The notes under the pieces were generated by a model. That model saw only the letters and a list, made by a program, of their open reading frames with translations. It ran no database searches and was not told the DNA's origin. A DNA stretch of 43,496 bases from Gaiellaceae bacterium. Lineage in GTDB: Bacteria > Actinomycetota > Thermoleophilia > Gaiellales > Gaiellaceae. The stretch lies in contig DASTYD010000149.1 of NCBI GenBank assembly GCA_035765175.1, positions 1 to 43,496 on the forward strand, in the 5' to 3' direction. A program made the position numbers and the translations under genes. Below are positions 8,583 through 16,399 of this stretch, in pieces (within the stretch, counting starts at the first letter, position 1; every line of letters starts with the position of its first letter).

Positions 8583-9074
8583 CTAGGCGGAACCGACCTT
8601 GCGCAGGGCAGGCGTGCAGGTCGACCGGCCGCGCTTCTCGAGGTACTGCTGGTGGTAGTCCTCGGCCTCGAAGAAGGTCTGCGCGGGCTCGATCTGGGTC
8701 ACGACCGGCTGCGAGTAGTGCGTCTGCTCCTCGGCCTTCGAGCGCAGCGCCGCCTCCTGTTGCTCGTCGTCGTGGACGAAGACGACCGAACGGTATTGAT
8801 CGCCGATGTCCCAGCCCTGGCGGTTCAGCTGCGTCGGGTCGTGCTTGTCCCAGAAGACCTTCAAGAGATCGTCGTACGAGAGCTGCTCGTCGTCGTACGT
8901 GACCTCGACCACCTCGGCGTGGCCCGTCGTGTGCGAGCACACGTCCTCGTACGTGGGGCTCTCGGTGTGTCCGCCCGTGTAGCCGACGCGCGTCCGCGTA
9001 ACGCCATCGAGCTGCCTGAACGCCGCCTCGACGCCCCAGAAGCAGCCCGCTCCGAACGTTGCTCTCTTCTGCAC
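8583..9074 (-). CDS. msrA: Peptide-methionine (S)-S-oxide reductase MsrA
   Basis: [12 protein letters not shown] active-site motif (GCFWG). The fragments [27 protein letters not shown] and DYHQQYL also fit MsrA. Trimmed from track ORF 8583-9182 to the GTG at 9074, which is preceded by GGAGGAGGAG and overlaps the msrB stop (TAGTG). Confidence 0.9.
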   Translation of the reverse strand: MQKRATFGAGCFWGVEAAFRQLDGVTRTRVGYTGGHTESPTYEDVCSHTTGHAEVVEVTYDDEQLSYDDLLKVFWDKHDPTQLNRQGWDIGDQYRSVVFVHDDEQQEAALRSKAEEQTHYSQPVVTQIEPAQTFFEAEDYHQQYLEKRGRSTCTPALRKVGSA

Positions 9075-9466
9075 TACTCCTCCTCCAGTTTCAAGGCCGC
9101 AGAGTTGATGCAATAGCGCTGGCCGGTCGGGTGCGGCCCGTCGGGGAACACGTGGCCGAGGTGGCCGCCGCAGTTCGCGCACAGAACCTCCGTGCGAACC
9201 ATCCCGAACGTCGCGTCGGTTTCCTCGTCGATCGCGTCCTCGCTCGCCGGCGCGTAGAAGGCCGGCCAGCCACAGCCCGAGTCGTACTTCGTGTCGGATG
9301 CGAAGAGCTCCGTGCCGCAGCCCGCGCAGTGGTACGTGCCCGGCTCGAACACGTGGTCGTACTCGCCCGTGAACGGCCGCTCAGTGCCCTTCTCGCGCAG
9401 CACGTGATACTGCTCGGGCGTCAGCTCGGCTCTCCACTCCTGCTCTGTTTTCTTGATCTTCGTCAT
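9074..9466 (-). CDS. msrB: Peptide-methionine (R)-S-oxide reductase MsrB, zinc-binding type
   Basis: [60 protein letters not shown]: two CxxC zinc pairs plus the GCGWP and RYCINS motifs. Only the last 130 codons of track ORF 9074-10336 are used. ATG at 9466. Confidence 0.9.
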   Translation of the reverse strand: MTKIKKTEQEWRAELTPEQYHVLREKGTERPFTGEYDHVFEPGTYHCAGCGTELFASDTKYDSGCGWPAFYAPASEDAIDEETDATFGMVRTEVLCANCGGHLGHVFPDGPHPTGQRYCINSAALKLEEE

Positions 9467-9518
9467 TCCTAGCTGCCTTTGCTCTTGATTCGGTTGGTTC
9501 GACCGGTCATTTCCGACG

Positions 9519-9566
9519 GACGGGTAGCAGAGCCACCCGTCCTGAAACGGCAACGGAACCGTTGCC
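9519..9566 (-). terminator. Tandem hairpins between the ABC-2 permease gene and msrB
   Basis: GGCAACGG-AA-CCGTTGCC (9549-9566) has 8-bp arms and is followed on the minus strand by GUUUCAG. It is then followed by GACGGGT-9 nt-ACCCGTC (9519-9541). The U-tract is weak. Confidence 0.45.
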
Positions 9567-9603
9567 TCAATCAGTCTAGGCAAGGGCCGATTCGTTACAG
9601 CGG

Positions 9604-10392
9604 TCAAACGCCCACGTCGCGGCGGTTGAACAGCGGCACCGCCGCTGCCGCCACCAGGAGCGCACCGAGGGCGAGCGCGATCACGCCTGCGCCGAGGCCC
9701 TCTCTCAGCGGATCCCCGACCCAGTCGAACGGGGAGAGGACGCGCCAAGGGTCGAGCGCGTCCACGACTTGCGCGAGCCCGTTCAGGAAGTACCCTGCGA
9801 CGGCGAGTGCGGCCGCCACTCCGATCGCCGTGGCTCGCCTTCCCGTCGCCGCTCCGACTGCGAGCGCCAGCGTCCCGTACAGGAGCGCGAGCAGGGAGAC
9901 GGCGAGCACCGCGTCGGCGATCCGCGCACTGGAGATGTCCATCGACACGGCCTTCGCCGAGACGACGACGGTGACCAGCAGCACGACGCCGAGCGTCGCC
10001 AGCTGGAGCGTCAGCGCCCCGAGCTTCTCCAGGAGCAGACGGCTGCGCGACACCGGATGGGCGAGCACCAGCTCGAGCGTGCCCGCCTCCTCCTCCCCCG
10101 CGACTGCGCGCGCACCCCAGCCCACCGCGTAGACGAGGAAGAGCAGGGGCACGACGAGGGCGAACAGCCGCGCGTCGAGGTAGCCGGCCGGTGAGGTGAA
10201 GTCGAGATTGCCGCCCGTGAACGCCTTGAGCGCCTCGGGGGCGTCGCGCTCGAACCGCTTGAAGCCCTCGTTGTCGCGCACGCTGGGCCAGAAGGCGACG
10301 CTGATCAGCACGAGCACGACGAGCCCGAGCGACCACCAGAGGAAGCCTCGGCGGGCGTCCCGGAGCGTCTTCGTGAGGACGCTACGAAGCAT
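9604..10392 (-). CDS. ABC-2 type transporter permease
   Basis: A 262-aa polytopic hydrophobic protein beginning [35 protein letters not shown]. It overlaps the stop of the upstream ATPase gene by 11 nt. The N-terminal 115 aa of the track ORF are an R-rich extension and were discarded. Confidence 0.75.
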   Translation of the reverse strand: MLRSVLTKTLRDARRGFLWWSLGLVVLVLISVAFWPSVRDNEGFKRFERDAPEALKAFTGGNLDFTSPAGYLDARLFALVVPLLFLVYAVGWGARAVAGEEEAGTLELVLAHPVSRSRLLLEKLGALTLQLATLGVVLLVTVVVSAKAVSMDISSARIADAVLAVSLLALLYGTLALAVGAATGRRATAIGVAAALAVAGYFLNGLAQVVDALDPWRVLSPFDWVGDPLREGLGAGVIALALGALLVAAAAVPLFNRRDVGV

Positions 10393-11278
10393 CCGTGTAG
10401 TAGGAGAGGAACACGTCCTCCAGGTCCGGCTCATGACTCGCCAGGTCGACGACGACGCGCCGCCCGAGCTCCTTGACGAGTGGATCGAGCGGCCCTTCGA
10501 CGAGGATTCGAGCCAGAGTGCCTTCGACCTGGACGCTGCGGACGCCGGGGACGGACGCGAGCGCGTCGCGAGAGACCTCCTCCGCGAAGCGAACCTCGAG
10601 CTCGTGGACGGAGCGCCCATGGAGCTCGCCGACCTCCTCCACGGCCACGATCCGGCCCTCGCGGATGATCCCGACGCGGTCGGCGACGTGCTGGACCTCG
10701 GACAGCACGTGCGACGAGAGGAACACCGTGCGGCCATCGTCGACGGTCTCGCGCACGAGGTGGTGGAACGTCTGCTGGACGAGCGGGTCGAGCCCCGACG
10801 TGGGCTCGTCGAGCACGAGCAGCTCCGGCCTTCCGGCGAACGCCTGGACGAGGCCGACCTTCTGCTTGTTGCCGCGCGACAGCGACCTGATCGGCCTCCC
10901 GAGCTCGAGGTCGAGCCGCTCCGCGAGCGCGAGGACGTGCCGCCGGTCGAAGCCTCCGCGCAGATGGCCGAGGAACTCGAGCAGCTCGAGGGGCGTCAGT
11001 TGCTCGTAGAGCGCGAGCTCGCCGGGCAGATACCCCACGCGGCGGCGGATCTCGACGCCCTGCCGGCGGCTGTCCAGGCCGAGGACGGAGACGCGACCGC
11101 TCGTCGGCCTGATCAGGTCGAGGAGCAGCCGGATCGTTGTCGACTTGCCGGCGCCGTTCGGCCCCAAGAAGCCGAAGCATTCCCCGCGCTCGACCCCGAG
11201 CTGGACGTCCAGCACCCCGCGGTGGCGCTGCTTGCCGTACAGCTTCGTGACGCCGTCGAGCTCGAGGGCCGCTGCCAT
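10382..11278 (-). CDS. ABC transporter ATP-binding protein
   Basis: Walker A GPNGAGKST, signature LSRGNKQKV, Walker B LLVLDEPTSGLD, H-loop SSHVL. ATG at 11278 overlaps the upstream stop (TGATG). Confidence 0.9.
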   Translation of the reverse strand: MAAALELDGVTKLYGKQRHRGVLDVQLGVERGECFGFLGPNGAGKSTTIRLLLDLIRPTSGRVSVLGLDSRRQGVEIRRRVGYLPGELALYEQLTPLELLEFLGHLRGGFDRRHVLALAERLDLELGRPIRSLSRGNKQKVGLVQAFAGRPELLVLDEPTSGLDPLVQQTFHHLVRETVDDGRTVFLSSHVLSEVQHVADRVGIIREGRIVAVEEVGELHGRSVHELEVRFAEEVSRDALASVPGVRSVQVEGTLARILVEGPLDPLVKELGRRVVVDLASHEPDLEDVFLSYYTDAS

Positions 11279-11637
11279 CAGGGCCCGAAGACGTCGCCGC
11301 CGTCGCTGTCCCCAGGCCCGGGCGTCGGCATGAAGAACGTCTCGTCCGGCGGGTGCGGCCGCACCCAGGAGTAGACGTCCTCCGCGAGTCGAGGGGGACC
11401 TGCGACGAGCTCGGTCCAGCCGGCGGCGGCCTGCCAAAGCGCCGCATCCTCGGCCAGCCGCTCGACCGCCTCCCACGCGTCGGCCCCGAACAGGAAGACC
11501 GCCTCCCCCTCCGTGACGAACGCCTGGTGCCGCTCGAGGCACGCTTCGTCGGGGTCGAACGGCGGTCCACGGCGGAGGAGATCCCGTGCTCGATCGCGGG
11601 CGCCGGGCTTGATCGGAAGGATGACGACGAGGTTCAA
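11278..11637 (-). CDS. Hypothetical 119-aa cytoplasmic protein, first gene of the ABC exporter operon
   Basis: TTG start 4 nt after GGGGGA. High G/C at codon position 3. Translationally coupled to the ATPase gene. No motif recognised. Confidence 0.55.
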   Translation of the reverse strand: MNLVVILPIKPGARDRARDLLRRGPPFDPDEACLERHQAFVTEGEAVFLFGADAWEAVERLAEDAALWQAAAGWTELVAGPPRLAEDVYSWVRPHPPDETFFMPTPGPGDSDGGDVFGP

Positions 11638-11684
11638 CAGTTCCCCCTTGACGCGCGGGCAACGATATGCGAAGGTGCGTTCGT

Positions 11685-11718
11685 CAAGTCCTGCAGGCCT
11701 TCGGGTCGGCAGGACTTG
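11685..11718 (-). terminator. 10-bp perfect stem-loop downstream of the disulfide-reductase gene
   Basis: caagtcctgc (11685-11694) and gcaggacttg (11709-11718) flank a 14-nt loop. No U-tract on the minus strand. Confidence 0.45.
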
Positions 11719-11736
11719 GCACTTGAGGGGACCTTT

Positions 11737-13140
11737 TCAGTTACAGATCGCGGCCATCTCGACCGGCTGGGGCATCGCCTGCTCGGCGGCGGCCTTGAAT
11801 CCCTCGCCGAAGGTCGGGAAGACGTGGTGCATCGACGCGAGGTCGTCGACCGTGGCGTCGAGCCGCAGGCCGAGCGAGAGGCCTTGCACGATGTCGCCGC
11901 CGCCCGGCGCCACGACATGGAGCCCGAGGACGCGGCGCGTGGTCGGGTCGAAGACGATCTTGTAGAGACCCCGCTTCTGGTCCTTGTACGAGGAGCGCTG
12001 TACGTGCTTGATCTCGTGCGCGACGACCTCGTGCGCCACGCCCTGCTCCTCGGCCCCCTGCTGGGTGAGACCGACACCCGCGAGCTCGGGCTCGGTGAAG
12101 ATCGCCGTCGGCAGCACGGAGTAGTCCGCTCCCGGCCCGTCGACGCCGAACATGTCGTCGACCGCGATCCGCGCCTGGTACTGGGCGATCGGCGTGAACT
12201 GGTAGCGACCCGTGACGTCGCCGGCGGCCCAGACTCCCTCGACGGAGGTGCGCATGTGCTCGTCGACGACGATGCCGAGCCGGTCGCGCTCGATCCCGAG
12301 CTCGTCGAGCCGAAGCGCCTCGACGTTGGCCACGCGGCCCGACGCGAGCAGCACCCGCTCGACGCGAAGCTCACGCGACCCCTGCCCCTCCACCGGGATG
12401 ATCGTCGCGAGCACCTCCTTGCCGTCACGCCGCACGCTCTTCACGTACGAGGAGAGCACGACCCCGATCCCGTCGTCGGCCTCGAGCACGCCCTGGAGCA
12501 CCGCGGCGGCCTCTGCGTCCGAGCGAGGCGAGAGCCGGTCGGCCCCCTGGACGATGGTCACGCGCGAGCCGAAGCGCGCGAAGATCTGCGCGAACTCGAG
12601 GCCGACGGGCCCACCGCCGACGACGAGCAGCGACTCCGGGAGCTTCGTCAGCTCGAGCGCGGAGACGTGGTCGATCCAGTCGGTCTCGCCGATGCCCTCG
12701 ATCGGCGGGACCGCGGTCCGCGAACCGGTCGCGATCAAGATTCGATCCGCAGTCAACTCCTCGCCGCCGACGCGCACCGTTCGCGGGGCGACGAGCTCGG
12801 CTTCGCCCTCGTACGTGTCGAACCCCGCTGCCCGCAGGTCCTCGGCCCACTTGGGCTGAGGCTTCCTGATCGAGTCCTTGCGGGCCTTGACCCGTTCGAG
12901 GTCGACCTTGGCGGGACCGACGTCGATTCCGAGCTTCCCGGCCAGCTCGTTGATGTCGTGGACGAGCTCGGCGACGACGAGGTACGCCTTCGTAGGCTTG
13001 CACGCGACGTTGGGGCAGCTGCCGCCCCAGCGAGTGCTCTCGACGAGCGCGACGTCGGCCCCGCAGACCTGCGTCGCCTTCGCCGCGGCGTCGCGCGCGG
13101 CCGATCCCGAGCCGAGCACGATCAGGTCGTAGCGCCTCAC
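11737..13140 (-). CDS. Class I pyridine nucleotide-disulfide oxidoreductase (flavoprotein disulfide reductase; lipoamide dehydrogenase / mycothione reductase / MerA-like)
   Basis: Dinucleotide fold YDLIVLGSGSAA. Redox-active pair GGSCPNVACKPTK (CxxxxC). Second Rossmann fold LLVVGGGPVGLEFA. Also GVWAAGDV and a C-terminal HHVFPTFGE His-Glu dyad. I prefer the GTG at 13140 (VRRYDLIVLG). The track ATG at 13194 would overlap the divergent sigma gene. Confidence 0.85.
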   Translation of the reverse strand: MRRYDLIVLGSGSAARDAAAKATQVCGADVALVESTRWGGSCPNVACKPTKAYLVVAELVHDINELAGKLGIDVGPAKVDLERVKARKDSIRKPQPKWAEDLRAAGFDTYEGEAELVAPRTVRVGGEELTADRILIATGSRTAVPPIEGIGETDWIDHVSALELTKLPESLLVVGGGPVGLEFAQIFARFGSRVTIVQGADRLSPRSDAEAAAVLQGVLEADDGIGVVLSSYVKSVRRDGKEVLATIIPVEGQGSRELRVERVLLASGRVANVEALRLDELGIERDRLGIVVDEHMRTSVEGVWAAGDVTGRYQFTPIAQYQARIAVDDMFGVDGPGADYSVLPTAIFTEPELAGVGLTQQGAEEQGVAHEVVAHEIKHVQRSSYKDQKRGLYKIVFDPTTRRVLGLHVVAPGGGDIVQGLSLGLRLDATVDDLASMHHVFPTFGEGFKAAAEQAMPQPVEMAAICN

Positions 13141-13185
13141 AGCCCGCCAGTCTCTCGTACCACGCCGCTCGTTACAGTCGGATGC

Positions 13186-13788
13186 ATGGAGCACGCGCTC
13201 GGCCTCGAGGAGATGCGGCTCGTCGAGGCGCTCCGAAACCGCGACGAGCAGGCGTTCGAGCAGCTGATCCGCATGTACCAGTCCGCCCTCGTGCGCGTGG
13301 CCCAGATGTACGTCTCGAGCCGCGCGATCGCCGAGGACGTCGTGCAGGAGAGCTGGCTCGCCGTCCTCAACGGGATCGATCGCTTCGAGGGCCGCTCCTC
13401 ACTGAAGACGTGGATCTTCCGCATCGTCGCGAACCGGGCGAAGACCCGAGGGCAGCGCGAGGCGCGCTCCCGTCCGTTCTCCGCGTTCGAGCCCGAGGCG
13501 TCGGTCGATCCCGGCCGGTTCGTGGACGGCCAATGGTCGGCCCCACCGGAGAGCTGGCCGGAGGAGCGGCTGCTCGGCACCGAGACGCTTCGGGTCATCG
13601 GCGCCGCGATCGAGGCGCTCCCTCCCTCGCAGCGCGCGGTGATCACGCTCCGCGACGTCCAGGGGTGGAGTGCCGACGAGGTCCGTAACGCGCTCGAGCT
13701 TTCAGAGACGAACGAGAGGGTGCTCCTGCACCGCGCCCGCGCGAAGGTGCGAGCGGCGCTGGAGGAGTACCTCATGGAGGACGCATGA
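13186..13788 (+). CDS. ECF (sigma-70 family) RNA polymerase sigma factor
   Basis: 200 aa from MEHALGLEE. Region 2: DVVQESWLAVLNGIDRFEGRSSLKTWIFRIVANRAK. Region 4: QRAVITLRDVQGWSADEVRNALELSETNERVLLHRARAKVR. A ~50-aa linker joins them. Only the 3' end of an 811-aa track ORF is coding. Confidence 0.9.
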   Translation: MEHALGLEEMRLVEALRNRDEQAFEQLIRMYQSALVRVAQMYVSSRAIAEDVVQESWLAVLNGIDRFEGRSSLKTWIFRIVANRAKTRGQREARSRPFSAFEPEASVDPGRFVDGQWSAPPESWPEERLLGTETLRVIGAAIEALPPSQRAVITLRDVQGWSADEVRNALELSETNERVLLHRARAKVRAALEEYLMEDA

Positions 13789-14039
13789 GCGAGATCGCCA
13801 TGGAGGTCAGCTGTCAGGAGCTCGTCGAGCTCGTCACGGGCTACCTCGACGGCGCTCTCCCGCCTGCGGAACGGGCGCGCTTCGACGCACACATTGCGGG
13901 CTGCGACGGCTGCCGCGCGTATCTCGAGCAGATCCGGCTGACGATCCGGCTCAGCGGCACGCTGCTCCCCGAGCAGCTCGACCCAGCCGCGGAGGAAGCG
14001 CTGCTCGAGGCCTTCCGCGACTGGAAGCGCAGACCGTAA
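13785..14039 (+). CDS. Soluble zinc-binding (ZAS, zf-HC2) anti-sigma factor, RsrA/RshA-like
   Basis: 84 aa with no transmembrane segment. Cys10-x25-His36-x3-Cys40-x2-Cys43 (HIAGCDGC). ATGA overlap with the sigma gene stop. Confidence 0.85.
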   Translation: MSEIAMEVSCQELVELVTGYLDGALPPAERARFDAHIAGCDGCRAYLEQIRLTIRLSGTLLPEQLDPAAEEALLEAFRDWKRRP

Positions 14040-14163
14040 GTCCCGGCCTCGTTCGGCATCTATCGGGCGAGCCGGGTGCTGGCCGGCGCCGGCGAGCATC
14101 AGGTGCGGCACTGGAGCTGTCGCCGTCGGCCCGGGGTCTCGCCCGGCTCTACCATGTGGCGAG

Positions 14164-15099
14164 ATGCGCTTCGGTGCTCTGCTCGCAGTCGCCCTCCTGC
14201 TTCCGGCGCTCGCCGAAGGTGCGTCCCCGAGCTGGCAGGGAGGCGCGCCGCTCCCGCTCGCGCGCGGCGAGGTGGCGGCGGCCGTCGCCGAGGGCCGGAT
14301 CTACGTCATCGGCGGCTTCGCCTCCACCGGCGAGAACTCGACCAGCGCGCAGGCCTACAACCCGGGCACGAACAGCTGGAGCCAGGAAGCCGACCTGCCG
14401 CTTCCGGTCGACCACGCAATGGCCGCGGGCTCTCGCGGCCGGGTCTATGTGGCGGGCGGCTACGGACCGGGGCGCTCTCGGTTGACCACGCTGTTCGCGT
14501 TCACCGGTGACGGGTGGACGAGGCTCGCGCCGATGCCCGAGCAGCGCGCCGCCGGCGGGGCCGCGATCCTCAACGGGAGGCTCTACGTCGTCGGCGGCAC
14601 GGCTTCCTCGACGATCGGAGCGCCCACCGACCTTGCTCGGACGATGCTCGTCTACGACATCGCTCGCGACAGCTGGACGAGCCGCCGTGGGCCGACTCCA
14701 CGCGAGCATCTCGGCGTCGCCGCGCTCGGTGGTCGGATCTACGCCGTGGGCGGCCGGACAGCCGGATTCGACACGAACATGGCCCTCGTCGAGGCATTCA
14801 ACCCGACGACCGGACGCTGGACGCGGCTCCCCAAGGTCCCGGGTCGACGCGGCGGGACCGGCGCGGCCGGCACCGGGCGCTGGATCGTCTCCGTCGGCGG
14901 CGAGGCGCCCGCCGGGACGATCCGCACGACCTACCGTTACGACGTCAGGCGCCGCCGCTGGTCGCGGCTCCCGAACCTCCCCACTCCGCGGCACGGGCTC
15001 GGCGTCGCGGCTGTCGGCCGGAAGGTCTACGTGATCGGGGGCGGGACGAAGCCCGGCCTCTCGGTCAGCCGAGCGAACGAGTCTCTGGTGGTTCGATAG
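14164..15099 (+). CDS. Secreted Kelch-repeat (six-bladed beta-propeller) protein
   Basis: Signal peptide MRFGALLAVALLLPALAEG. There are six repeats with the hydrophobic-GG hallmark (RIYVIGG, RVYVAGG, RLYVVGG, RIYAVGG, WIVSVGG, KVYVIGG), each followed by a W-containing strand. Confidence 0.85.
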   Translation: MRFGALLAVALLLPALAEGASPSWQGGAPLPLARGEVAAAVAEGRIYVIGGFASTGENSTSAQAYNPGTNSWSQEADLPLPVDHAMAAGSRGRVYVAGGYGPGRSRLTTLFAFTGDGWTRLAPMPEQRAAGGAAILNGRLYVVGGTASSTIGAPTDLARTMLVYDIARDSWTSRRGPTPREHLGVAALGGRIYAVGGRTAGFDTNMALVEAFNPTTGRWTRLPKVPGRRGGTGAAGTGRWIVSVGGEAPAGTIRTTYRYDVRRRRWSRLPNLPTPRHGLGVAAVGRKVYVIGGGTKPGLSVSRANESLVVR

Positions 15100-15367
15100 G
15101 GAGCCCGGTCACGACCTCGCGCCGGCCGCCGGCCTCGTAGACGAGGTCGACGCTGTCGTTCTGCCGGTACGTGCCGGCGATGCCGAGGAAGAGCGAGAGC
15201 CAGCGCCAGAAGCCGAGCCGGCCTTCCTTCGCGAGCGGGCGGTCGAAGAGGAGCGTCCGTCCCTCGACCTGGAAGTCGCGCCCGGGCTGCTGAGGGACGC
15301 CGTTCAGGAAGACCTCGTAGGGCTCCGTGACCTCCGGCGGCAGGCTCACCCGCGAGTGCTCAGGCAT
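15065..15367 (-). CDS. Hypothetical 100-aa protein
   Basis: ATG start and high G/C at codon position 3 throughout. Its 3' end overlaps the Kelch gene convergently by 35 nt. No motif recognised. Confidence 0.5.
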   Translation of the reverse strand: MPEHSRVSLPPEVTEPYEVFLNGVPQQPGRDFQVEGRTLLFDRPLAKEGRLGFWRWLSLFLGIAGTYRQNDSVDLVYEAGGRREVVTGLPIEPPETRSLG

Positions 15368-15412
15368 GCGACACCTCGCTCAATGTAGCCCCGTGGTCGG
15401 GTCACTCTTAGA

Positions 15413-16399
15413 ATGGCCCCGCCCGTGCGCCGGAAGCTTCTTGTCGCCTGTCTGAGCCTCCTGGCCCTGGCGCTCCTGCTGACAGGCTCGGCGATGGCCG
15501 GCAACGGAGGGATCGCGCCGCCGGCGGAGACGCCGCAGGCGGGGCGGATCAAGGACCTCTACTGGATCGTGCTGGGGATCACCGCGGTCATCTTCGTGAT
15601 CATCGAGGTCGCCCTGATCGTCTTCGTCGTCCGGTACCGCAACCGCGACCGGCCGCGCGACGACGAGGGCCCGCAGATCCGCGGACACAATCGTCTGGAG
15701 CTGATCTGGACCGTGATTCCGGTGCTGATCCTCGTCGCGATCATGGGCTTCGTCTTCTACAAGCTCCCGGGAATCAAGGACATCCCGGACAGGACCGCGG
15801 CCGGCGAGAAGCTGACCGTGCAGGTCGAGGGCAGGCAGTTCTACTGGCGCTTCAGATACCCGAACGGCGCCGTCTCCGTGAACGAGCTGCGCCTACCGGC
15901 CGGACGCCCCGTCGAGCTCGAGGTCACGGCCCCGGCAAACGACGTCATCCACAGCTGGTGGATTCCCGCCCTCGCGGGGAAGATGGACGCGATCCCGGGC
16001 AAGGTCAACCACCTCGACTTCGTGGCTCCGTCATCACCCGGCGTCTACCAGGGGCAGTGCGCCGAGTTCTGCGGTCTCCAACACGCGCTCATGCTCGCCC
16101 GCGCGCGAATCGTCACCGGAAGCGAGTTCGATGGCTGGGTCTCGGCCCGGCTCCGAGCGGGCACCGATCTCGGGAGACAGACGTTCGAGGGCGCGTGCGC
16201 TCCCTGTCACGGCCTGAGCGGCGAAGGGCTGATCGGCCCGCCGCTCGAAGGGAACGCCACACTGGCGGACGAGGAGCTCCTGAAGCAGCTGCTCGAGAAC
16301 GGCAAGAACGCGATGCCGCCGGTCGGCCGCGGCTGGGACGAACACCAGACCGACGCGCTGATCGCCTATGTGCAACAGGAGTTCGCAAGTGGCGGTTAG
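15413..16399 (+). CDS. ctaC: Cytochrome c oxidase subunit II with fused C-terminal cytochrome c domain (caa3-like)
   Basis: Signal sequence plus two transmembrane helices. CuA site HSWWIP...CAEFCGLQHALM. C-terminal haem c motif CAPCHG with a downstream Met (NAMPPVG). Confidence 0.92.
   Translation: MAPPVRRKLLVACLSLLALALLLTGSAMAGNGGIAPPAETPQAGRIKDLYWIVLGITAVIFVIIEVALIVFVVRYRNRDRPRDDEGPQIRGHNRLELIWTVIPVLILVAIMGFVFYKLPGIKDIPDRTAAGEKLTVQVEGRQFYWRFRYPNGAVSVNELRLPAGRPVELEVTAPANDVIHSWWIPALAGKMDAIPGKVNHLDFVAPSSPGVYQGQCAEFCGLQHALMLARARIVTGSEFDGWVSARLRAGTDLGRQTFEGACAPCHGLSGEGLIGPPLEGNATLADEELLKQLLENGKNAMPPVGRGWDEHQTDALIAYVQQEFASGG

Noticed and set aside
5614-8586. 990-aa + strand ORF spanning both propeller genes, and 419-aa - strand ORF 5621-6880.
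   Set aside because: They are extremely Arg-rich (RRRRR runs) with no motifs. They run out of frame with the FG-GAP gene and antisense to the PD40 gene, both of which show clean repeat architecture.
9490-9515. GGTTCGA, a tRNA T-loop-like string, in the msrB upstream region; also GTTCGAGC near 23535-23550.
   Set aside because: The flanks do not give a 5-bp T-stem with the conserved G53-C61 pair. No acceptor, D or anticodon arms can be drawn at the right distances on either strand.
9467-13185. Search for SigR/SigH-type GGAAT-N18-GTT promoters upstream of msrB, the ABC operon, the disulfide reductase and the sigma gene.
   Set aside because: No match was found by eye. The regulon link is therefore left as inference in the findings rather than annotated.
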